Origin: Felis catus
Taxonomy: Eukaryota
DNA length: 64,000 nucleotides
Direction of reading: 5' to 3'
Assembly (NCBI RefSeq): GCF_018350175.1
Contig: NC_058383.1
Coordinates: 4,340,001 to 4,404,000, forward strand
Below are positions 24,100 to 37,760 of the stretch, one piece after another (position 1 is the first letter of the stretch; each line of letters begins with the position of its first letter). The position numbers and the translations under genes were made by a program. The notes beneath the pieces are model-generated. The model worked only from the letters and a program-made list of their open reading frames with translations, ran no database searches and had not been told where the DNA came from.

Positions 24100-24675
24100 C
24101 GCTGATCACTAACCGAATTTCCCTCCTTTATGCAAAGTGAGGAGCAAACGCCACTAGGGCCATGGCTTTGTCACCAGCAGTGTCACTGATGCCTTCAGAC
24201 TATATTACATTTATTGCAGGAATTTCACAATATCATTTAGACTCATCTCATGGTAGTTCTTTTTAAAAAAAACTTTTTTTTTCAATGTTTCTTTATTTTT
24301 GAGAGATAGAGCACAAGCAGGGGGCAGAGAGAGGGGGAGACACAGAATCCGAAGCGGGCTCCAGGCTCCGAGCCCGACGCGGGGCTAGAACTCACGGACT
24401 GTGAAGTCATGACCTGAGCTGAAGTCGGACGCTTAACCGACTGGGCCACCCAGGCGCCCCAAACGATGGTAGCTCTTAAATCCACCACTAGATGTTATTA
24501 TTTAGTGTATTAATAAGGAACACATATATTAGCATATTACATGTAAACAGTATGTTGAGAACTTCAATGTAACTGATTTCCTTTGTAATCTTATGTATTT
24601 TATGTATATAATCTTATGGCTTATGTGTTTAAAAACATGATACTGAGAAAGGGTTCGTAAGTTGTCACAAGTCTA
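24100..24675. mobile_element. hAT-Charlie/MER-type DNA transposon remnant, with an antisense SINE at about 24272-24460
   Basis: TGTATTAATAAGGAACACATATATT..TTTCCTTTGTAATCTTATGTATTTT..AAAAACATGATACTGAGAAAGGG, similar to the 9155-10619 remnant. Confidence 0.5.
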
Positions 24676-24689
24676 GTTTGGATACTGTT

Positions 24690-24950
24690 GGGAAGATGTG
24701 ACGTCTGGAGCCCTGGCAGCCATCTTTTGACCCTGAGGGGCTCAGCCTGAGGGCAAAGCTGACTCAGTAAGAATGGCAGAATGAGGAGTGGGGGAAGTTC
24801 CAGGGTCCTTTCCCAGCTATTAGCAGAAATAACCCTGGAAACTCCCCTCTTCAGGACTTCTTCTTTCTTGCTATTTATTAATGACTTTGTTGTTGGGCCA
24901 GCTGAGACACAGTTTTCTTTCTTTTACTTTGTTGGTACCATGCCTGAAAC
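24690..24950 (+). mobile_element. Old MaLR (MLT1-type) LTR fragment
   Basis: GTCTGGAGCCCTGGCAGCCATCTTTTGACCCTGAGG..AATGGCAGAA motif. Confidence 0.5.
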
Positions 24951-25056
24951 AGGTTGTTTCCAAAGAGGTCCAGGAATGGCCTAGGGAGAGGTGGGTGAGG
25001 ACAGAATCCTGTTGGCCTGTTCAGAGCCTTTACATGAATTAGAAAAAGGTACTCCT

Positions 25057-25316
25057 GGGGCGCCTGGGTGGCTCAGTCGGTTGAGTGTCTGACTTCCGTT
25101 CAGGTCATGATCTCGCAGTTCGTGAGTTTGAGCCCCGCATCGGGCTCTGTGCTGACAGCTCAGAGCCTGGAGCCTGCTTCAGATTCTTTGCCTCCCTCTC
25201 TCTGCCCTTTCCCTGCTCATGCTGTCTCTCTCTGTCTCTCAAAAATGAATAAACGTTAAAAAAGAAATTAAAAAGAAAAGAAAAGAAAAGAAAAGAAAAG
25301 AAAAGAAAGAAAAAAA
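25057..25316 (+). mobile_element. Carnivore SINE with (AAAAG)n tail
   Basis: Full head, B box and tail. Confidence 0.9.
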
Positions 25317-26435
25317 GGTATTCCTCTGGGTGGATGAAAGTTACCCTGTCTGGGGGCTGTGACTTCAGGCAAAAATCAAAGTCCTTTTTCTTCCAGGCTA
25401 ACAGCCCCCAGGTGAGCATGCAGGGCTTGTGTGGGAGGAGCCCGAGTTGGCTCTCACCCCATGCAGCCTTTGTGTAGGGTACAACCTGTGCAACTGTACA
25501 CGGATGGCCTGGAAGATGACCGCCAGGCTGAAGAGAGTGTGGGTTTTTTGAAGGGACATGTGGCACATGTGGCCGCGTGGCAAGGGTGGGGCCTGCAAAC
25601 GTCAGTTCTCAAACACAGGCCCTCCGGCCGCACTTGAGGGAGACCCACAAACGGCCGGCACCCATGGTCTGCAACTCCTGTTCCCAGCCCCGTGAGGACC
25701 TCACTTTGTCTGCCAGGGACCACCCTGCAGGTGTACCTCTTGTCCATGCCCCAAGGCTGCCCTCGTCCCCATCCGAGGACCCCCACTGATGCCCGGACCC
25801 TTGGGAAGTGACATGCACTGGGGGGACGTAGGGGTGCCGTCAGCTCAGGACTCCTGAGCCAGGCAGGTGGTGAAAGACTCCCCCTCCCCCACACGAGCAT
25901 TTCAGATATCCCGGGCTGCTGTGCCCAGCCAGCTGGCACATCCCGAAATGCCAAGCTGTCCCTGGGAAGCAGCCAGAGTGCCGGGCTGGGGGTCACGTGC
26001 TCACTTCTGGAAGTGCGGGGTCTGCAGTCTGGAGGGTCCGCGGGTCAGGGAAGATTGAGCCCAGAGAGGCCTGGGCGGCAGGGAAGGTGAGGGAGGGTCT
26101 GGCCTCCCGGCCTGGCTGCCCCTTCCTGCCCCTCTCTGCTGCTGTCTTGCCCGGGGCTGCCCGGCTTCTGGGTGGGCCTGGAAGACGCATCCACGGGGCT
26201 TCCTGCAGCCCTGCTCTCAGCTGGGGGGACGTGGGGGCTGCAGCCGGGGCACGAGGCAGACGCAGATCTGCCCAGTGGTGCGGCAGGAGGGACGGAAAGT
26301 CGCCAGCGGTTTCCGGGGGACCCCACACCTGTTGGCCATCTGTCAACTCCTCGGCTGTCTCTCCAGTTCCCAGATCCGGCTCCGGCCTCCTGGGGGTGCC
26401 CACGCTGTGGCGGGGGCCCCAGGGATGCCCAGACC

Positions 26436-27030
26436 TGCGCTGCCCAACACGGTCACACGTGGCTTTTTGCATTTAATTTCAGGGGTGCTCGCTCGGTTGC
26501 GCACAAGACTTCAGCTCACGTCATGATCTTTGAGCCCCGTGTTGGGCTTTTCAAGGGCAGAGCTCATTTCCGATCCTCTGTCCCCGTCGCTTTCTGCACC
26601 CTCCCCAACTCATTCTCTCTCTCTCTCTCTCAAAATTAAACGCTAAAAAAATTTATATTGGGGCACCTGGGTGGCTCCGTCGGTCAAGCATCTGACTTCG
26701 GCTCAGGTCATGATCTCTCAGTTTGTGAGTTCGGGGTCAGGTTCTGCGCTGACAGCTCGGGGCCTGGAGCCTGCTCCGGATTCTGTGTCTCCCTCTCTCT
26801 CTGCCCCTCCCCCGCTTGCACTCTGTCTCTCTCCCTCAAAATAAATAAACGTTAAAAATTTGAAAAAAAGTTTTAAGTTAATTTCAGTGAAGTAAAATGA
26901 AACGTTCCGTTCCTCAGTCACACAGCCACACTGCAAATGTTCAACAGCCACATCTGTGACTGGCGGCTCCCATGCCGGACAGAGCAGATTCTAGAACATT
27001 TCCATCATTGCGGAAAGTGCTATTGCTTGG
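26436..27030 (+). mobile_element. MER3-like hAT MITE interrupted by two + strand SINEs (about 26481-26655 and 26659-26870)
   Basis: CTGCGCTGCCCAACACGG..; ..TTCCTCAGTCACACAGCCACA..TAGAACATTTCCATCATTGCGGAAAGTGCTATTG. Confidence 0.65.
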
Positions 27031-27409
27031 TGCTGAGCCAGATGCCTGTCTTGACCCCAGGGACACCTAGACTTGGGAGGAAAGTGCCACAACCCCCTGG
27101 GGCTGGTCAGGGAAGGAGCCAGGTGGCTCCCCAGACAGGGCAGGGAATGTTTAAATGGGGTCTTTTTTTTTTTTTAATAACGTTTAAATTTTTTTTAAAA
27201 ACGTTTACTCATTTTTGAGAGAGAGAGAGAGAGAGAGAGAAAGAGACAGAGCACGAGCGGAGGAGGGGCAGAGAGAGGGAGACAGAATCCGAAGCAGGCT
27301 CCAGGCTCCGAGCTGTCAGCACAGAGCCCGACCTCGAACGCACAAACTGAGAGATCATGACACGAGCTGAAGTCAGACGCTTAACTGACTGAGCCACCCA
27401 GGTGCCCCC

Positions 27410-28155
27410 TATAACTTCTGACTTTCCCCAAATTTAACTACTAATATCCCACAGTTGACTGGAAGCCTAATCTACCACAGGAACAGTCGATTAACACATA
27501 TTCTGTCTGTTATTTACAAACTGCAATCTTACACTAACGTAAGCCGGAGAAAAGAAAATATGATTAAGAAAATCATTACTTAAAATAAATGTAAGAAAAG
27601 AAAGGGGAGTGTGTGCCTGGTTGGTCCAGTTGGTAGAACATGAGACTCCTGATCTTGGGGTCGTGAGTTTGAGCCCATATTGGGTGTAGGGATTCCTAAA
27701 AAAAAAAAATTAAATAAATAGATAAAAATAAAAAATAAAAAAATACAAATAAATAGATGAATAAATAAAAATAAATAGGCTTAAAAAAAAAAAAACAAGG
27801 GGCACCTTAGTGGTTCAATCGGTTCAGCGTCCAACTCTCGATTTTGGCTCAGGTCATGATCACACAGTCCATGAGTTCGAGCCTCACGTCGGGCTCTGTG
27901 TTGACAGCTCGGTGCCTGGAGCCTGCTTCAGGTTCTGTGTCTCCCTCCCTCTCTGCCCCTTCCCCGCTCCACTCCTTCTCTCTCTCTCAGAAATAAATAA
28001 ACATTAAAAAAATAATAAAATAAATAAACAAATTTACAAAAAAGATTTCTAAAAAAAAAAAAGAGGAAAATCATAAGGAAGAGAGAATACATTTACAAAA
28101 TCCTCACTTAAGTGGACCCGTGCAGTTCAAACCCGTATCGTTCAAGGGCCAGCTG
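27410..28155 (+). mobile_element. Tigger2/MER8-type TcMar remnant interrupted by two SINEs (about 27605-27775 and 27798-28060); antisense SINE at about 27162-27408 just upstream
   Basis: AACAGTCGATTAACACATATT..AGAAAAGAAAAT..AAGAAAATCAT and TIR-like end GTGGACCCGTGCAGTTCAAACCCG..GTTCAAGGGCCAGCTG. Confidence 0.7.
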
Positions 28156-30534
28156 CATGGGGCAGGACGGAGCAGCGATGGGCACGGTGTGAACGTGGCC
28201 GCAGTCCCACCTGGATGGGTGTGAGCGAGTGGAGGAGAGGGAACGGGAGGGGAGGCGGGAGAGAGGAACAGAAGCCAGACCTGCGGGGACCCGACACTGG
28301 GTGCTGGGCACTGGGGAGCCATGGGGGAGGTTAGACACCCTGGCTGCTCCCGTGGAGGCATTGCAGGCCGCTGTACTAGGGAGACAGGCTTCTTATTATT
28401 CCTCCCCGCGGGTGTTGACCAGACCTCACTGAACCAGGGAAGAGCAGACCCCTTGTTCCTTGCCGAGATGCCCGTGGATTTACGGGCATTTAGCGGAAAG
28501 GGTTCCGTGCCGGCTCCGGCGAGAGCGGATGGCCGCTCCACTTGGCAGATGGAGCTGCGGCCCGAGACAGGCCTGTCCCGCTGAGCTTTCACAGCGTGGG
28601 TGGGGGTGAGGGGAGCCGCAAAGGGCACAGGCCGTTTGGAGCAGGAGTGGGGTGGTGGCCGGTGCAGGGAGGCTGAGGCTTGCCACCAGCCAGCGGCCTC
28701 TCTGTCGCCAAGGAATCCGGTCTCGCTCCTGGCAAGGACATCTTGGCAGGAGCCGGGCTCTGCCCGGGGTGCTAATGCCCTCTTAATTAGCCAGGCTCTT
28801 GCCAGGCACCTGCCGTCACAGCCTCACTTTGCAAAACACGCTTGGGCCTCAGAGTCGGACCAGCCACTGCCCTGCTGTAGGTCAGGTGGGCGGCCGGGTG
28901 CGGCACCCTGGGACGGCCTCTGAGCAGCCCGCTGAGGCCCATCCAGGCTTCCCTGTCAGGGCATCGACGTTCAGGAGGATGCCAGAAATTAGAATGATTT
29001 CTAGGGACATGTTTTCAGTAACAGAGATGGGACAGGCCGGCCTCCACACTTTTGCCCCAGCTGTCCCCGACTCTGCCTTCCTGAACTGGTCACTCGCTTC
29101 CCCCTGGACTTCCGGGTTAACTCTAGAGTCCCCCCTGCCCAGGACAGCTCACCACTTGGGCCACCACAGATTTGGTGGTGCCTTCCAGGGGCTATAGTTT
29201 AGGGCCGGGGTTGGGTCACGAATCTCTCGCCACGAATCTCTCGGCAAAGCCGACGAGAGCCACAAGCCCGGGACCCTGAAATCTGCCCGTTCCTCCTTTA
29301 AAGCTGGGCTACCGCCTTTCTGTTCTGCCCAGGCCTCAGTTGCCCTCTTTGTAACCGGAAGGCACTGAAGCCAGAGACTGGCAGGGATGCTTGTGGAGAC
29401 GGGGTGATGGCCTCATTCTGCCCTCCTCGGTTCTGTCCGCACAGGGCTGGGGTGCAGCCTATGGCCTTGGCCAGCGCAGCTGGCCTGGAGTCCCTCCCAT
29501 TTGCAAGACAGCCTGGAGGGACGCAGGCCGTACCAGGCTGCTTCGAGGGGCCTGCAGCCACAGAACAACAGAAGCCATTCACAGGCTCTGGCCTCCAAGG
29601 CCCCTCGTTTATGGTGGGCTGGGCCGTGGACATCTGTGCGTCTATACCGTGGAAGCACTTCCGGCCCCTTATGCACGCCTGGGCCGCACTCCCCTCCTTT
29701 TGAGAGAAGGGAAACCCAGTCCCCATCACACAGCTCTGAGGGATGCTGGCCTGAAGCTCCCGGGACACTTCATGCCCCGGTGCTTCTGGGGACGAGGAAC
29801 CAAAGCTTCCAGGGGGCTGTGATCAGCCCCGGGCCACCCGAGGCCCCAGGGCCTGGTCTCCCGGTGAGAGTCCAGAGGAGTGGGCAGAGCCCCGAGCAGG
29901 TGGGGTGCGAGGTTTCCAGCATCTCACTGGGGGGGTGTAAACCCACTGAGCCACGGGGGGGGGGGGGGCTCAACTTACCATTTGAAAGCGTGCACTTCTG
30001 TGGCTTTTACTGTGTTCGCCACCACCTGTATCTACCTCCAAAGCATTTGTGTCATCCCCAAAGGAACCCCGTGCCCCTCAAGCAGTCCCCCCATCCCCCA
30101 GGCGACCACCACTTGCTTTCTGTTGGGCGTGTTCCTTCACCTCCTCTGAGAAATGAGGAAGATCCCAGCTTACTAGAACGTCAGAGCAGATAAGGGAGCA
30201 GATAACCGGGAACGTTCAGCACAGTGCCCCGAGCTCCCCACCCCACCAGAGGGACTCGGTGGCCCCTGAGGGCAGAATCCAGCCAGAGGTTCTCCTGGGG
30301 ACGGTGGGAGCAGGTTCTCCAGCTGGGGAAGATTCCTTTCAGGAGGAGGCAGGGGGAGTCCGAGGCGTAGGAGGCCGTGGGTAGCAGGGCTCAGCCTGGG
30401 GATGGGTAGAGGTGAGCACACAGCCGGTGCAGGCAGGCGGTCATTGCCCCGGATGGAGCAGCGTCACCTCACTAGGAATTTCGTGACCCGCCATGTGTCT
30501 TGGTGCAGGCAGGGGTGTGGACGGCCCTGGTGAC

Positions 30535-30559
30535 GGGGGGGGGGGGGGGGGGGGGGGGG
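30535..30559 (+). repeat. G25 homopolymer
   Basis: Uninterrupted run of 25 G. Confidence 0.9.
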
Positions 30560-30693
30560 CTCATTGGGAAGAGTCATCAGGAGACGGAAGCAAGATGCAG
30601 AGAAAAAAGCCAAGGCCAAATAAATAAACAAAATCCTCAAATATGAAGCTATACGTTCCTATATCTAAACACCAATCAATATCTCCCAGTGTA

Positions 30694-32422
30694 GGGGTGC
30701 CTGGGGGGCTCGGCCGGTTCAGTTCTCTGACTCTGGCTCAGGTCACCATCGCACGGTTCGTGGTTTCGAGCCCCGCGTCGGGCCCTGTGTGGACAGCTCA
30801 GAGCCTGGAGCCTGCTTCTGATTCTGCGTCTCCCTCTCTCTGCCCCTGCCCCTCACTCACACTCTGTCTGTCTCTCTCTCTCTCTCTCAAAAATAAGTCA
30901 ACGTTAAAAAAATTAGAAAGAAAACATTAAAGCATGGAGAATCTGGGGCGCCCGGGCGGCTCAGCCGGTTAAGCGTCTGACTTTGGCTCAAGTCATGATC
31001 TCACGGTTCGTGGGTTCGAACCCCACGTCAAGCTTTCCACTGACAGAACGAGAGCCCGCTGTGGATCCTCTGTCCCCCTGTCTGTCCCTCCCCCGCTCAC
31101 ACACTCTCTCTCTCTCTCTCTCTCTCTCAAAAGTACATAAACAGTAAAATGAATAAACACTAAAAAAACCATTAAAGTAGAGCGAGCCTGCTCTTGCTGT
31201 CCTCTGCTGACACAGAAATCAGGCTCCGTCCATCCCCCTCCCCCCACCACTGCTTTTGGAGGGGCGCTGGGTATTTTCTTTCTTATTTTTGTTCTTGCTG
31301 TGCTTCTGTAACACCTTTTATTATGGAAATGTCCAAACGTTTATGGAAGTAGAGATGCTCACACAGGAAACCCCACGCATCCACCACCCTCTCGGGAAGA
31401 TCTTAAAGCAAACCCCAGGCGCCTCTGTCATTTCGCCGGCAGAACTTCTGGGGAGTGCTTCCGGAGGGTGAGGACAGCGCGCTCTGGTTTTTGCCTAAGC
31501 CGTGCCACGAACAGCCCCATCTGCGATTTCATGAGACGCTCTGCAGGTTATGATTCCCATTCACAGGTGCGGCACCAGAATAAGTCTTTCATGCAAGGTC
31601 CCGTGGCAAGGATGTGTCAAAGCCAGGACCCAGGGGACTCCAGTGTCCCCTCGACTTTTGTGCCAGGTGTCACTTCAGAAAGCCTCTGCTCCTCCGTGGT
31701 GGGAGCAGGGAGCCCCGGGGCTGCAGGGCTGGGGACAAGGGGTCTGGGTCTCTGTGGCTCAGGACCCTCACCTGGAGGACCGGGGCCCTCACCTCGGAGC
31801 TGGAGAGCTGGGCGGCCCTTCCCGGTGGCCTCATTTCCCTCCCCGGACCAGGCAGGCGGCACGACGTGGCCAGCCCGGGGGCAGCTTGGTCCAGGTCCCG
31901 CCAAGCACGCCGTTCACCCCGTGCCGTGCCCTCCTTCCAGGGCAGCTCAGGTGACGCCTGGGCTCCCGTGGGACCCTGGGACACAGTGACCGTGTTCCTG
32001 TCCTTCCCCAGAGGGACCCGAGGCGGGGTCTGCAGACAGCACCCTGTGACCATGCTGGACATAGAGGTGCCCAACGTAACTGAGCCCTGGGAAAGGCCAG
32101 CGGAGGGAACGCGGGGTGGGTGCAGCACAGCGGACGACTTTTGAAAATGCTAACCGCATCTGAGATTTTGTTCCTATATTGGCTTCCCCGAAATCATTAT
32201 TAATAATAATATGTATATGTATTTATGTTTAAAGTTTATTTATTTTGAGAGAGAGAGAAAGCGTGAGTGGGGGAGAGGCAGAGAGAGAGGGAGAGAGAGA
32301 GAATCCCAAGTGGGCTCCACACTGTCAGCATGGAGCCCGATGTGGGACTAGAACCCACGAACTGTGAGATTATGACCTGAGCTGAAGTCAGATGCTTAAC
32401 CGACTGAACCACCCAAACCCCC

Positions 32423-32468
<46 letters not shown>

Positions 32469-33180
32469 AAACCAAGAAGTTTCCGGGGAGCCTGGCTGGC
32501 TCAGTCGGAAAAGCATGCGACTCTTGACCCCGGGACCATGAGTTCGAGCCCCATGTTGGGTGCGGAGATTGCGTACTTATAAATAAACAAATTATTTATA
32601 TAAAAAAGAGGCTTCCCACTCACCCCATCCGGGGATCTATGGTCATGAGATTCACACATGGGGTCGCTTGCTCTGTCCACAGGACACCCTCTTTTCCTGG
32701 CAGCTGCCGTGGGCCACGGCTCTCTCACTCCCAATCTCCACCCAAGCCAGTCCAGGGCAAATACATGTCACCCACATTGGCCTTGGACAGAGGACGGAGT
32801 GAGCTCCCCACTACCAGAGGCATTCAAGGCAAGACTGGACAGCCTCCATTTTTTCCATGGTGCACGGGCCATGGCCGGGCAGGGAGATGCACAAAAACAT
32901 GTTGGTTTGTGGTTGAGGGTTTCACTATTGGGAGGGGGTTCTGGCCAAAGCAGGGCATCAACGGCAACAATCCAAATGTCCATCCATATGACACCAGTTA
33001 AACAAACATGGCGCATCCTGCCAGGGAATATTATACAACCGTGAAAAAGAACAAGGAAGCCACTTTTGTACTGAAGCGGAAACCGTGTTAAGATACACCA
33101 AGCAAGGAGCACCTGGGTGGCTCAGTTAGCAGAGCATGTGGCTTGATCTCAGGGCCCTGAGTTCGAGTCCCATAAAAAAA
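30694..33180. mobile_element. SINE copies: + 30694-30930, + 30944-31165, - 32220-32423, + 32485-32600, + 33107-33180 (partial); (TA)n at about 32428-32465; probable L3/CR1 fragment at about 32790-32850
   Basis: SINEC heads and tails; GTGAGCTCCCCACTACCAGAGGCATTCAAGGCAAGACTGGA resembles CR1/L3. Confidence 0.8.
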
Positions 33181-35499
33181 AGATACATCAAGTAATCAAA
33201 GGGTTGAAAATAATGGAGAGAAGAATACAAACTCACGTTCGCTGGTCTTTGTGTAAAGAAAGGAAAACACAAGACACCAATCTCACTGCACTTGTGGAGC
33301 TGATGGGGTGGAAACCGGGATGGGAACAAAGCCCGGGTTGCATTTTTGAATATTTGAACCCTGGGAAGGCATCATCTATTCAGACAAAAACTTAAATACT
33401 GGTAATTTAGGTCCACATCCTTTGAAATTCTTCGTATGCTGACCGCAGCTGACCTCGCCCCCCAAGTCCTAGGACACAGCCGCTTTTCCACAACACGGCA
33501 GGATCGATTGTGTTCACTAGACTGAGACGGTCCTTGTCCTGTGGGGACATCTCAAGTGTCCTTTTCTGGTCCTCCCCCATCCCCCGCCCTTTGCAAAATT
33601 GCAGGTTCATTTATTCCACAAATAGGCACGAGCCTCCGTGTTCCTGGCTGATGGATCCTAAAAGGCTCACACAGACTCCACCTTTGCTTGACTACAGGAG
33701 TTCTTGGGGGTTCCTGGGGACCCTGGGGGCCCGTCTGTGTCCCCAGGATCCTCCTGCCAATGTCGTTAGGGAAAAATGAAACAGGTGGCGTTTGTTGAAC
33801 ACTGACCACACGCCAGGGAGAGTTTCTCAGCAACTGTCCTGGGGCGGGCACTGTCACCATGCCCCTTACAGGATGGCAAAGCCGAGAGCCAGGGATGTGC
33901 GTTTGAACCCAGGCTCCCACCATATCTATCTGGACTCACCAGTCTTTCTAGCCCTCAAGAGCGTCACCTGGGAAGGCCTGGACCCCGCTCCCACCTCTGG
34001 CCTGATGAGAGGCAGGAGCCCCCAACCGCCGACCCCCTCCTGGCCTCTGGGCTGCAAAGCTGTGGGAAGGGGCCTTGGGGCCGGAGAGGGGAGCCGCAGA
34101 CAGGGGGGAGGTGTTGCGGGGCCTGATCCCCGTGGGGGGGGGTCTCAGCACTCCAGCACCACTGCCGGCATGAGGTCGGGCACCCCACAGCCTTCTGTAA
34201 ATGCTGCAGCTATCTCTCCACCTCTCCTCGGAGCCTTGGAAGTTGGCCAGAGATATGGGGTCTTTCTAGTTAAATGGAGGGCTTCCTGGGGACTGGAATG
34301 GGTCCTCAGGGAAGGCCAGGGCCAGTGTCTGAGCTCCATGCCCCCAGGGACTCTCAGACCGGCCTGAGATGGGGGGTCTGTATCTCTTCTACAAGAAGGA
34401 AACTGAGGCTCTGAGAGGTTAAGTAACTTGCCTAAAGTCACATAGCCAGCGAGACCCTGGGTTTCGAGCCTAATAGACAGCCTCGCAATGAGAAAGTTTG
34501 GATGTTCCGGCTCTTGAGGAATGGGTTTTGTGGGAGGGGAGGCTATGGTCACTGTCAGTAAACCCATTTGAGCCGCAGTGGTGAGAAGGGGACCCCATCT
34601 TCCCCTGGAAGATAAAATATCCCCGGAGGAGTTTGCCTGGGTTGGGGCGGGGGGGGGGGGCACAGTGCAGACCAACCAGTAGGAGCTAGTTCAGTGCTCT
34701 CTGCCTTTGGCCTCAGGACCTTGTGGGCAGCCTGTGGTCATGCTGGCATTCCAGGGGCTCGCTTGGCATGTGGGGAATGTCCCAGCAAAAGTCCTAGCCT
34801 TAGAAAAGGGAAGTGTTCCTAGAAGGGGGAGGAAGTAGGAGGGCGGTGGGTGTCGGCAGGGAATGTCCCCTTTGAGGGAGGAGGGCAGAGAGCTGGGGTC
34901 CTGAAGGAGGAGGGCTACTCTACCTTCCAAACCCCTTCCAGGGTGCCCAGCTCAGCCACCTATGAGGTGTGAGCCTGGGGATAGAAAGCAAACGGCCTGG
35001 TGGTCCCGGGGGCGCCCACCTGGATTCCACCCCTCAGGCTGCATCCCACCTCTGACCAGCCCGGAAAAGGGTACACTGATCTTGCACTGCTCACCCCACT
35101 GCCTGGAAGACCAGCACCCCGAGGCTCCTGCAGCCCCAGAATGGGAACAGCGGTCACTCGTCTCTGCCACCAGCTGAAAGGGCTATTTTGGGCTAGCAGG
35201 GCTGGGTGCTTGGGCCACCGGGAGGGTCTGGGCGGCCTTCAGGGCAGAGTCTTGCAAGACCTGAGTTGGGGTTGTTGGGGTGTGCCCCCACCCCTCCTCG
35301 GCCCACTGGCCCTCTTGGGGGGATGTGGGGGCGTCTCCCTCCTTTAGAGCTCTGCTCTAAGGCCACCTCCTCCGAGCAGCCTCCAGACCGCCTCCACCCA
35401 GTACTGATGTGTTCTGTGGCCTCTGCGGTCTCTGTCACAACCTCAAACCCGGCCCGTCCTTCCTCCCATCTAGGCTTGGGATGGAGGCGGGGTGGGGGT

Positions 35500-37760
<2,261 letters not shown>

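Noticed and set aside
29217..29243. Short tandem duplication CACGAATCTCTCG x2 with a small hairpin
   Set aside because: Ordinary slippage-type duplication with no supporting context
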